From NCBI GenBank assembly GCA_964016885.1, contig OZ024740.1, forward strand, positions 409,510,001-409,574,000: a DNA stretch of 64,000 bases, written 5' to 3'. Numbering within the stretch: position 1 is the stretch's first letter; each line of letters starts with the position of its first letter. Below are positions 36,664 to 47,606 of the stretch, in pieces. Under the pieces are notes generated by a model. It saw only the letters and a list, made by a program, of their open reading frames with translations, made no database searches and was not told the DNA's origin. The DNA is from Eledone cirrhosa (lineage: Eukaryota). The position numbers and the translations under genes are program-made.

Positions 36664-37557
36664 GCGTTCCATAGAGGATAAGTGGAGGGGAAGAGCGACG
36701 ACGTACTTGGGGAAACTCTAGGCGTCGACAAAAATCAACTAACCAATCTCTTCGGAAGAACTTTTGGGCCGGGGCCCATGGACAATTTCCAGAAATCCCT
36801 GGCCTGGCAGTGCTACCAAGGAGCTTTGTTAGTTCGGGATAAACTCTACAGGCATGGAAGTGCCATCAGCCTGGCAATCCGAGATGCGCGCAGGGCGACG
36901 AAACCGTCCTGCACGCACTCGTCCAGTGTCCGAGCATTGCTGACTTGTGGGTTTATGTCGAACACCTGCTGTCGCGTGTAGAACGGATCCGGCTATCAGC
37001 TGAGTCCATCGTGAGGATTGCCCCGCCCTCTTCCTTTAGCCGGGAAGGACAGGCAGTTTTTATCTGTCTGGTGGCCATGGCGAAAGAGATAGTATGGTGG
37101 ACACGTTTGAAAGGGCTGAAGACGAGCACTTACCTCTTCGGTGATGCCCTGATTAACTTTTTCAAATTCATTTGAAAAGGAAAATCAGGGTAAAGAGGGA
37201 AGTGCGCTCTTCCCAGCATTTTGTTGAAAGATGGGTGAGAGAGGCAAGAATGGCCCGAATGAATGGGCCTACTCTGAGTATGTGGCTGTAAATTGAAGGT
37301 GGAAAACTGGGAGGGAGCACTTGCCCTGGTGGTCAGGGTCACTGTGGCTTTTTTTAATGCGTTTTCTCCACGATGGCCCTCGAAGTCTCCCCCCTATTGG
37401 GGAATTTTTCATTGTTACTTTTTTTTGCTACATCCTCTGTTTTTGTTTTTTTTACACGCAGAAATGCCCATTTATACCGTCCTGTATTGTCCTGTATTGT
37501 CCTTAATGTCTTACTTTGTGTAAACCGTTGTGGTTAATAAAGAAAGCATCATTATTA
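36664..37557 (+). mobile_element. Tx1/L1-like LINE 3' fragment with ORF2 C-terminal CCHC region and 3' UTR
   Basis: KSLAWQCYQGALLVRDKL...PRCAQGDETVLHALVQC (frameshifted); ends AATAAAGAAA + (ATT). Confidence 0.85.
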
Positions 37558-37774
37558 GGGCAGAGGATTGGCAGTATCAGTAGAGGGTCGGACGCCATGC
37601 TTTGACGCATAGAGTTACGGTCCTTGCCATTCTGAGTTCAAATCCCGCCGAGGTTAACTTTGCCTTTCATCCTTTCGGGGTCGATAAAATAAAGTACCAG
37701 TAATATACTGGGTTAATTGCTGGCCTTGTGCCAAAAGTAGAAACAATTATTATTATTATTATTATTATTATTAT
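37558..37774 (+). mobile_element. Full-length Nin-domain tRNA SINE with (ATT)n tail
   Basis: A box, B box, Nin core and (ATT)~10. Confidence 0.93.
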
Positions 37775-38222
37775 TTCAAGTTTCACTTGAAGAGGAAAAT
37801 CAGGGTGAAGAGGCAAGTAGTGCCTTCTAGAAAGTTTGTTGAAAGGTGGGTGAATGTAGCGAGAATGGTCCGAGTGAACGGGACCGCTCTGAATATACGC
37901 CTGTAGTTTGAGAAATGGAAAAATTGAGAGAGGGCCCTTGCCTTGGTGGTCAGGGTGGCCGTGGTCTTTTGTGTGGTTTTCGCCACGAGTAACCCTCGGA
38001 GGTTTCCCCCCTATTGGGGAATTTTTCATTGTTTCAATTTTCATTTTTATTGTTTATATATATATATGTTTCTGTCTTTTTTTTCTTTTCTTATATAAAT
38101 AATAAAAATATTTACACGCACAAAACCCACATCGTACCCTCCTGTACCGCCCTGTGCCGTCTGTAATGTTTTTCTTGATGTCAGCCCTTGTGGCCAATAA
38201 AGAAATTATTATTATTATTATT
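37775..38222 (+). mobile_element. Tx1/L1-like LINE 3' fragment
   Basis: Paralogous to 37165-37555; ends CCCTTGTGGCCAATAAAGAAA(TTA)n. Confidence 0.85.
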
Positions 38223-38928
38223 ATATTATAGTTTAGATTTGACATCGTTTAAACTAAACATTTTGAGAGAGTTTAGAGTTTAGAGGTACAACAACAATAA
38301 TTATTATTTTGGTGTTGTTGTTGTTGTTGTAAGCTGTTTGACCAGGTCACTAAATCAGTCTATTTATATCTTTTGATGCCTTCCTCGCTTATTCATTCAT
38401 GTGTGTAGTGGTGGTAGCGATGATGCAGTGGTGGCGGTAGCGATGGGGTAGTAGTACCATAGTGATGGTGTTGCTGCAGCCTGGTTAGATTTTTTGTTGT
38501 TCTAGTGGTGATGGTGGTGGCGGCGGTGGTACTGTTGGTGGTGAAGTTATTTGGCTGTTCTTCGTAACCATTTTCTTGTTCTGTTCTATAATCTTTCGAC
38601 TTGTTGCTTATTATTATTATTATATTATAGTTTAGATCTGACATCGTTTAAACTAAAGAATTTTCACAAGTCACTCACACTCATTCCGTCTTCTTCTTCC
38701 TCAATCGTCACTACATCAGAGAGAAGATTGTCTCCCTCCCTCCCTTCTCTAAATGTGTCTCTCTCCCTCCCTTCTCTTTCGCAAGCGACGCCAGTAAAGA
38801 AAAAGAAAAATATAGTTTCTGATAGTTTCCAAGAGTACGTGCATACCGTAGAACGTTTCTCCACGACGACGAGAACGACGAAAAATGTGTGCGGTAAATA
38901 AGGAAAGCCATTTCATTCGTCTGACGTC

Positions 38929-40700
38929 ATGAATAATAGCAGTAGCAGCCGTAATAACAGCAGCAGCAGCAACAGTGACAAGGAAAACAATAATAGCAGC
39001 CGCAACAGCATCAGCAGCAGCAGCATAGACAACAACAGCAGCAGCAGCAACAGCAACAACAACAACAACAACCACAGCAACAGCGGCGGCGGCAGTCGTA
39101 GTACCAGCAGCAACAACAAAAGTAACAGCAGCTCTGACGACAACAACAATAACAGCAAGAAAGAAAAGCCAATCTCATTTGCAGGTATCGCAAAGAACCT
39201 GGAAACCATCCTTATAACAAATGAGGAATTACAGGAAGCAAAGAAGATGATGAGAAAAACTGGACACCGAGCAATCTGCAAGGCAGCCGAAACATTTTTC
39301 GAAACCCAACAGCACTGTACGGTCACGTACCGTACAGTAAGCACAAAATCCCGTAGGGTTGAAAGAGCCACAGTGGCTCAAATACACCCGAGGCAAGAAA
39401 TATGCCACCGTGGACGTGCTTTTTGCCACACCCCAGGAGGCAAAGGCTCAATCCTTAGTGACCCTAAGAAGCGAGGAAATGGTGTTGGTGCCCTCCTACT
39501 GCGGACAAAAAATTGTGAGGGTCAAACTGACCCCCCCCCCCCCCTTTGGCTGGCCGCGTCTGTCCTCGTCGGAATCGAGGACAAAACAACTGTACTGCAA
39601 GTACAGAAAAAGTAAGAGAAGATTGGGTCGGCTCCTCCATTGAAATGTTAATCCAAACCAACCAGGAGTGCATCGAAGCTATCCCGGATGTGATAGACTT
39701 CGATAACGGCACTCAACAGCCCATAAGTGTTGAGGGCAAACGCCCGAAATGCTTTTGCTGTGGATCGAAGACTCACCTCAGGGCCTTCTGCAATGAGAAG
39801 ACCCTGAGAAAGGAGAAAACCCCCCTCCTTCCGAAACCGGCTCCACTGCTACCAGCAATAGGACAGGCGGCAACCAGGAAGGATAAGTCCGTGGCACCCA
39901 TACCCACGCCACGGAAATCAAGAACAGCAGCAGCAGTGGAAGTATTAACAACAACAACAGCAATACCAACTGCAGCTGCAACAGAGACTCCACTGCAAAC
40001 ATCACCAACAACAACAAGTGAAAGAGTGGAGCTGGTACTCCTCCCCGACCTCACAGAATCGGACATGGAGTGTGAGGTGGGAGAGGGATGGCAAAAGGTC
40101 GCAAGAAGGCACAAACGCAGAAGCAGCGCATCGTCGCCTTCGAAAAGGGAGGAAAGAAATGAAAAAAGGGTAAAGAGACTTACAGCAGCAACACCACCAA
40201 CACCATCACCACCCACACTAGCACCACCATCACCACCGGCGGCAAACCCACTGCAAACAACAACACCTTCAACACCACCACCACAAGCACCAACATCGCA
40301 AACACAACAACAAAACACACACACCCTGCAACAACGACAAGAAATAGCAGACCCCCCCCCCCCCACCCTCCCCCGACCCCAACACGACCCCCAGAAAAAC
40401 AAATGCACAGCAATAAATACACACAACAAGAAACTAATGACTTACATAATTGAACACAGATATTTCACAGCACGACTACATAATACCAGCACCAATCAAA
40501 ACACCAACGAACATAAGACTGGTAAGAATAGCACAAAAACAATACACAAACAATAAAACGAAATTCCCCAACGCAGTTGGTGATTTCAGAGACCTAGGAG
40601 GGACACTCAGCCGGAGAGTATATTCGGATATACTCACAGAAGAGCCGACGACCAACCGAAGGGACGATTCAACGGTCCCTTCACAGACGATCAAGTGAAA
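38929..40700 (+). pseudogene. Frameshifted ORF1 (gag-like, CCHC zinc knuckle)
   Basis: KPISFAGIAK; VEGKRPKCFCCGSKTHLRAFC; W..V.RR; Pro/Thr-rich tail; split over three frames. Confidence 0.8.
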
Positions 40701-40776
40701 AGGGATGGAGAAACCATCCTTCCTCTACGAGAAGTAAGGTAAGTGGTCTTTCCCATCTTTTCCACTCCATTTCAAC

Positions 40777-41757
40777 ATGACCTCATTCAGAATAGGCAGC
40801 ATAAATGCGCGTGGCTTGGGGTCGTCATGGAAGCAGGGCCACCTGCTCAACGACCTCAGGTCACTAAACATAGATATAGTGGCCATCAGCGAGACTAGAA
40901 TCTCCGAAGCACGGGCCTTCGCACCGATCTTCGGCGGCTACGATGTGTACGCATTTCCCAGCCGTCCTGGATCGGGGGGAGGAGTTGCTGTGCTTTTTCG
41001 GAGAGGTTTGGATCTCGCCATACGGGCCATCTTCCTGGACCCAGAAGGTAAGTTGGTGGTGCTGGACGTGATCAGCGGAGACGGGCAAGCTTTCAGGCTA
41101 GTGGCCGTCTATGCCCCGACAGGAGCAGGGCGGCCTGATTTCTTCCGGCGTCTGGAGACCTTTCTAGGAACGTCCCGCTCTTTAGTGTTAGTGGGCGACT
41201 GGAACACGATCTTAGATGCACGCTGGGACTGTGTGGGATTAGCGGATAGGGGAGGAGGGTTCGAAAGCCTCACCAACCTGCTCAGGCGTTTTTAACTGTC
41301 TGACAGGTACCGATTGGATTTCCCGAATGTGCCAATGTGGACTTGGACAAACCGCATAGGGTCATCCAGATCATATCTAGATAGAGTATTTTGTAGGGAA
41401 ATAGATAGGTCTAGCATAGGCTGTCCACAATTCAAGATAGTCAGATACACGGACTACAAATTCGTGATATGTGTGCTTGACTTAGATAGGCTTCATAGAC
41501 GAGGACCCGGCTACTGGAAGCTAAACGCGTCCTTACCAGCGCGCAAGGCCTACAGAGACCGGATTAGCGAACTAGTTAAGCGGGCGTTGACGGGGGCCAT
41601 CGTCAACAAAAAGTGGTGGTTTGCTCTGAAAAGAGCGATTAGAATAGAGTCCATTAAGTTTAGTAAGGCTTTAGCAATAGAGAAAAATAGAACAGAGGGA
41701 GAACTAGTTAGAAAATTAGACGAGGCGCTTAGCAAAAGCATCGCGACCGACGTACTT
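40777..41757 (+). pseudogene. ORF2 N-terminal APE-type endonuclease (L1/Tx1 clade) with internal stop
   Basis: SINARGL, DIVAISET, GGVAVL, LVAVYAP, VGDWN, WTW...SYLDRVF, TDYK, GPGYWKLNASL; TAA at 41293. Confidence 0.9.
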
Positions 41758-41848
41758 GAAATGCCCATTTGTACCGTCCTGTATTTCCTGTACTGTCCTT
41801 AATGTCTACTTTATGTAAACCCTTGTGGTTAATAAAGAAAGTATTATT

Positions 41849-43124
41849 GTTCTTTGAGTCTCAGTCATTGATGTTAGTTAACTGGAAAGTTTGTTGAAAT
41901 GAATATCAAGCCACTACCTGCAGCCTCAGATATTCAGGAAGTATCGGAGGGTTCTTGCTGTTCCCAGCAAGTATGCCTTTTGAAGCGTTCCAAAGAGCGG
42001 GGCAGGACAATTTTCTTTAACCATCCCTAGAAACTTTTTGAGATAGTACCTAGTACGCCTATTACAATCGGGACCACTTTGACTTCATGGCAGTTCCAAA
42101 TCCTTTTTACCTCCCACTTTAAGTCCTGGTATCGGTTAATTTTCTCCCTCTCCTTCTCTTGCACTCTCGTGTCGAATGGGCAGGCCACATCCACAATCAG
42201 GCACGACCTTTTTTCCTTCTCCAAAACCACCAGGTCAGGTCTATTGTGTTCCAGTTTCTTGTCCGTCTGTATCCTAAAATCCCACAGCACCTTCACCTGA
42301 TCGTTTTCTATCACCGACTCTGGCTTATGCTCATACCACTTCTCAGCGTGTGGTAAATTGTTTACTTTGCATAGGTGCCAGTGGATCACCCTGCCCATCT
42401 CCAGCCTTTATAGTGAATCTGGGCTAGGTGTTTACACTCGGATACAATGTGAGCCACAGTCTCCTCTCTCTCTCTCTACAGATCCTGCACAGTGGGCTAG
42501 CCTCCTCCTTGTAAATATGGTGTTTCAACCACTTCGTTTTGAGGGCCTGATCTTGCGCAGCCATTAGCATTCCTTCTGTAGCCTTTTTAAGGTCTCCTCT
42601 TTTCAACCAGTTCCATGTCTGTGGATCTCTGAATTCAGTTTTCTCAAAGAAGGTACTATGAAGGGATTTTTCATGAAGGCTGCTCTTTCTCCTTGTTGTT
42701 ATTTCCTCCTTGGACATCCCCTGGTCTATTGTCCTCTCCTTCAGTACAATTCTGAGCATTGGCTCCTTACTATCAGTCACGTATTTGTGTAGGTTGTTTT
42801 TCTCCATCTGAACACAGTCCTCTATGCTGATAAGACCTCTTCCACCTTCAGATCTCCTTAAGTAGAGTCTATCGACATCACTCCTCTTGTGTAACATGTT
42901 GTAGATAGTCAATAGCTTCCTAGTCTTCTATCCAGTTCTTTTTGTTCAGCAACATTCCATCTCAGAATTCCCGCACTGTACCTAATAATAGACAGAGCTC
43001 GGGGATTTACTGCACTTATGGCATTCCTACTGTTCAGATGTGACTTTAATACGCTCCTTACTCTCCGAATGTATTCAGATCTTATCAATTCCTTCATTTT
43101 TTTGTTCTTGATGTCATCAGCCTC
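41849..43124 (-). mobile_element. 5'-truncated R4/Dong-like LINE (post-RT, CCHC, RLE endonuclease)
   Basis: EYIRRVRSVLKS.LN, RLYLRRSEGGRGL, EGMLMAAQDQAL, CRIC, WYEHKPESV, LWDFRIQTD, RPDLVV...IVDVACP..EK..RYQDL, VPIVIG.LG; the AAT-rich 3' end abuts the Tx1 tail. Confidence 0.9.
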
Positions 43125-43125
43125 A

Positions 43126-43257
43126 GGGCGGTGGATTGGCAGTATCGATAGAGTGTCGGACAACATGCTTCACAACATAGAATTACTGCTCTTTACGTTC
43201 TGAGTTCAAACCTCGCCGAGGTTAGCTTTGGCTTACGGGTTCGATATAATAAAATAC
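43126..43257 (+). mobile_element. Nin-family SINE, 3'-truncated and diverged
   Basis: GGGCGGTGGATTGGCAGTATCG ... CTGAGTTCAAACCTCGCCGAGGTTAGC. Confidence 0.85.
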
Positions 43258-43599
43258 TAGATAGATAGATAGACATGTATATATGTATGTAAGTAGGTAG
43301 ATAGCTAGGTAGTAGATAGCTGATGCTTGAGCGCTGAATATCTTGCCAACAATGTGTGTGTAATAGCAAATGGTCGGGAAGTAGATATCAAATTACCACT
43401 TCCCTGTCAAAGTTAGCACATAGTGGTTGTCACTTGAAACTTCTGTTTTCTCATTACGATATATATATATATAAAACCTCGCAAACAAAAAAAGATATAT
43501 ATATATATATATTTATATATACACACACACAAACACACGGATGTATTTTACGTATCTGCTATTTTAGAGCGAAAAATCAAATTCTAATTTTGTTTATAC

Positions 43600-44750
43600 G
43601 GCTGGGGAGTTATAAAAAAAGGTGGTACGTCCACAGACACTCCACGAAGAACCGTAGACTGGAGAACTCTACAACTCTCGCCAATAAAATCTGGCAGCTT
43701 AAAAACACAAACCAGGAATATAGGATTAGCTGGTCAAAATTATCAGGAGCAGGGGCCTACAACGATGGAATGTCCCACTGCGGACTTTGCAATATGGAGC
43801 TATTCCATATTTTAAGGTACGATAAGATGCTGCTTAACAGCAAAATAGAAAGATCAATTTTCTGTAGGCATAAAATAGCTACCAAGTTCAAACAACCGTG
43901 ATTCGAGCCAGCAATCCCAAAATTAGAACTGAACCACCTGGATTTTAACGTATGGAATACATACCATCACTTCGCTATTAGTTGTCAAGCGGCCGACTGG
44001 TCACTAAATCATAACTCTCTTAACATCTCTTTCACCCTCTCTCCCTGAAACCGCATCAACCCCATTAAGACAAGACAATCAGCAAAACATTTACCACACA
44101 CATTTGTCAAACCTCCCTTCACCATCCACCCTTAGCCATTGGGTCTCATACTAGTATCTCCCAATTAATCTCTAATTTATTGCCTTTTCTTTTATACGTC
44201 ACTACCTCGGACTCTCTACACGTATCTATGTATGTTTCGAATATGACTTTTCATGTTAGCACTAAATCCACCACAGAATCCTTCGGACACTTACTCACCA
44301 CCACCACTATCATATTCTGCACTTATATGCTCTCACTTATCCTTATTTCTTTATATTTCTATTATTTTTCCATTCTCTTACTTTTTTACTGTATCTTTTT
44401 TCTTATCTTTTACTTTTTACATCTGTTCCTTCTTTACCTATTTATCATATATATTTTATTATTGGTGTTATTGTTTTGATTATACGCTATTTCTCTCTAT
44501 ATATCTTGCCATGTATGAATTATTTTTGTATTCCGAGGATTTGATCAGAGGTAAATAATGTAATGGAGATCGAGTGACGCAACTTCGAGTGATTAGCGGC
44601 CTCTAGACTCACCTGATCAATGAAACAATTGTTAATACCTGAAATAAAGCCCCTTGTTGTACAGCCAACCATGTTACTCTTCATTTTTTCACGCTTAAAG
44701 CGTCCGTATGCGGTAGGCCGTTTGAGCACTCGATGCTCTCATAGAGCAGA
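43600..44750 (+). mobile_element. 5'-truncated Penelope-like element PLE-3 (GIY-YIG C-terminus, 3' UTR, HHR)
   Basis: YKKRW..HR.S......STTLANKIWQLK......ISW...AGAY.....CGLC..E...I......LLNSK.E....CRHK (43600-43901) is a PLE GIY-YIG C-terminus of a different type from PLE-1/2; an HHR motif follows. Confidence 0.8.
44528..44638 (+). ncRNA. Hammerhead-like motif with extended stem II and a U4C core change
   Basis: GUAUU CCGAGGA U UUGAUCAG [64 nt] CUGAUCAA U GAAA CA-AU-UG UU AAUAC. Confidence 0.75.
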
Positions 44751-44806
44751 GTATGATATTACAAAAAAAAGGGAATCAGTGTTGCGACGAATAGAATTTA
44801 TTGGAC

Positions 44807-44896
44807 ATATTACAATCGTTTCTCTGGCGACCAGCTCGAGGCACGATCGATGTGATGATCGAACCTGACTCTGAAAATCGCAAGGTCCTCAGATAC
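44807..44896 (-). ncRNA. Hammerhead ribozyme motif with extended stem II (left arm)
   Basis: Exact reverse complement of 44938-45027. Confidence 0.72.
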
Positions 44897-44937
44897 GTCT
44901 TGATTCTACGAAGCACATTTTCCTATAGAATCAAGAA

Positions 44938-45027
44938 GTATCTGAGGACCTTGCGATTTTCAGAGTCAGGTTCGATCATCACATCGATCGTGCCTCGAGC
45001 TGGTCGCCAGAGAAACGATTGTAATAT
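44938..45027 (+). ncRNA. Hammerhead ribozyme motif with extended stem II (right arm)
   Basis: GUAU CUGAGGA C CUUGCGA [~47 nt irregular hairpin] UCGCCAG A GAAA CG-AU-UG UA AUAU. Confidence 0.72.
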
Positions 45028-45079
45028 GTCCAATTCCATTCGTCGCAACACTGATTCTCTTTTTTTCTGTGATATATAA

Positions 45080-45231
<152 letters not shown>

Positions 45232-45249
<18 letters not shown>

Positions 45250-46037
45250 GAATATCTGTATGTCTGTCTGTCCGTTTACCTAAAACTCGAGAACCACCCG
45301 ATTTTTTTTCAAACTTTACACATGCAATACTTATGGTTGTGTGAGTGTTTTGAGCAAAAAATATTTCAAATTTCGACCGCATTAGGCGAAAAACCGTATA
45401 TTTTAGGCTTTAAATGCTTTTTTGAAACATAACGGAATAGTCCAGGCGATTTCTTCAAAATTTGCATTACTTATGTTGTTTAAAGTGTTTTGAGCAAAAG
45501 GATTTTCTCATTGTTTGCCCCAGTGACCGCATTAGGTGAAAACCCGAATTTTTGAAGCATTTTGGTTGCGTTAGGGCCTGTAACTCGAGAAGTACCCAAC
45601 CGATTTTTTTAAAACTTTGCATATGCATTACTTATGTGTCACACATTTTCTTGACTGAAAAAGATTTCAAATTTATTCCCGGGGACCGCATTGTTTAGCA
45701 TTTTGGTTGCGTTAGGGTCACCACTGCAGTCACACATTCTTACTGCTCTATAACTATTGCTTTCATTGTACCATAGCACAACAAATACATATTCGGTTTT
45801 TCGAATGCCTTTTTACTTAACCCTATCGTCTTGGCTTTCGTGGGTTGAACATTTTACTCTCAGGCACCCAATTAAGTTAAACCCTTGGTAATCTACGACG
45901 AACTTTTTTATAAGCACACAATGTAGACACCATCCCCAGGCCGAGGTATTCCGTACTTCTCTGTACTGCTTCAGAAAGGAGGAACAAACATGCCAATCGA
46001 TGTTTAGAATCCCGAGCAACGCCGGGCCATTCTGCTA

Positions 46038-46038
<1 letters not shown>
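45232..46038 (+). mobile_element. Non-autonomous Helitron
   Basis: 3' end CCCGAGCAACGCCGGG hairpin then CTAG|T; 5' TATATAAAA...TGTCTGTCTGTCC; internal direct repeats AACTCGAGAA..CCGATTTTTT at ~45283 and ~45582. Confidence 0.8.
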
Positions 46039-46080
<42 letters not shown>

Positions 46081-46191
46081 TAAAAGGAATTCCAACTTTA
46101 TCTGATTTACTCGTTTTATTTACAATCCTTTAAAATTTATAATGGTATTAGAATGAAAAGTATGGTAGAATATTAAATGTTAAATGTTAAT

Positions 46192-46230
46192 TGAACAAGT
46201 ACTTACATGCTTTCGCAATCTTCAGGTTCA
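46192..46230 (-). ncRNA. Minimal hammerhead-like motif, GAAA->GUAA variant (left arm)
   Basis: UGAAC CUGAAGA U UGC GAAA GCA U GUAA G-UA-C UU GUUCA. Confidence 0.65.
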
Positions 46231-46294
46231 TATTCTGTGGTGACAGTCAAGTTTGCAATTTTCAACTGTCAAACTTGACTGTCACCACAGAATA

Positions 46295-46333
46295 TGAACT
46301 TGAAGATTGCGAAAGCATGTAAGTACTTGTTCA
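46295..46333 (+). ncRNA. Minimal hammerhead-like motif, degenerate (UUGAAGA, GUAA; right arm)
   Basis: Mirror copy of 46192-46230 with an additional C3U change. Confidence 0.55.
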
Positions 46334-46493
46334 ATTAACACTTAATATTTAATATTCTATCATACTATTTCATTCTAATACCATTATAAATTTTAAAGGA
46401 TTGTAAATAAAACGAGTAAATCAGACAAAGTTGGAATTTCTTTTATTAATATAATCTTCTATACACAATCATACACATCCGTGTATATTTATT

Positions 46494-47042
<549 letters not shown>

Positions 47043-47606
47043 GTGCGTGTCGAATTCTATAAAGTTTTGGGTCAGTTGGACTTGTTCTGTATAACCAACT
47101 ACTAAATAAATAATTGGTACTGCATGTTATTTTAGCGATTAGTCAGAAATTTCACATTAGGTCGACATGACATTTTGAGTTCCAGTTTTTATTTTAAGCT
47201 AATCATAACAAAACAAATGTAAATACTTTAAACCTCATAAAACTTCTTAAGGCTCAAACTTTTTAACTTTTTTTAACACGATCCAGCGTAAGGATTCAAT
47301 GTTGAAGTCAAATCTCTCTACAAACTATCTGCAAAAGCATTTTTTACAGATAGCTTTTTTTAAGTACTAGATGGGTCGGACCAACATATCTTGCTTATAT
47401 GTTCCATATTTGGTATATATTAAGAATCAAGAATCTGCAAACAAGAGCTATAGGTAACTGTTTGCAGTTAAATTTAACACTCAAAGTTCCTGTGAGTATG
47501 CAAAGGTGAAGAGTGGATTATATGTCAAATAATAAGATAATTCTAATGGTACTTGGAGAGAACAAAATAATAATTTTGCTTTGGATATCTATTTATGATA
47601 AAATAG

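Larger units (their letters stand above)
38624..41848 (+). mobile_element. Tx1-like LINE with 5' end, ORF1 and APE endonuclease but no RT, joined to the family 3' UTR
   Basis: 5' end shared with 38222-38257; ORF1 and ORF2 motifs; 41758-41848 matches the 3' end at 37461-37555. Confidence 0.85.
44756..45075. repeat. Fold-back palindrome (arms ~44756-44908 / 44926-45075, 17-bp spacer)
   Basis: The arms are near-perfect reverse complements. Confidence 0.95.
46076..46450. repeat. Fold-back palindrome (arms 46076-46255 / 46270-46450, 14-bp spacer)
   Basis: The arms differ by 6 substitutions and one 2-bp indel. Confidence 0.96.

Noticed and set aside
44549-44612. SECIS element inside the HHR stem II insert
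   Set aside because: A UGA/GA-like pairing exists, but helix II is far too short and there is no apical AA motif.
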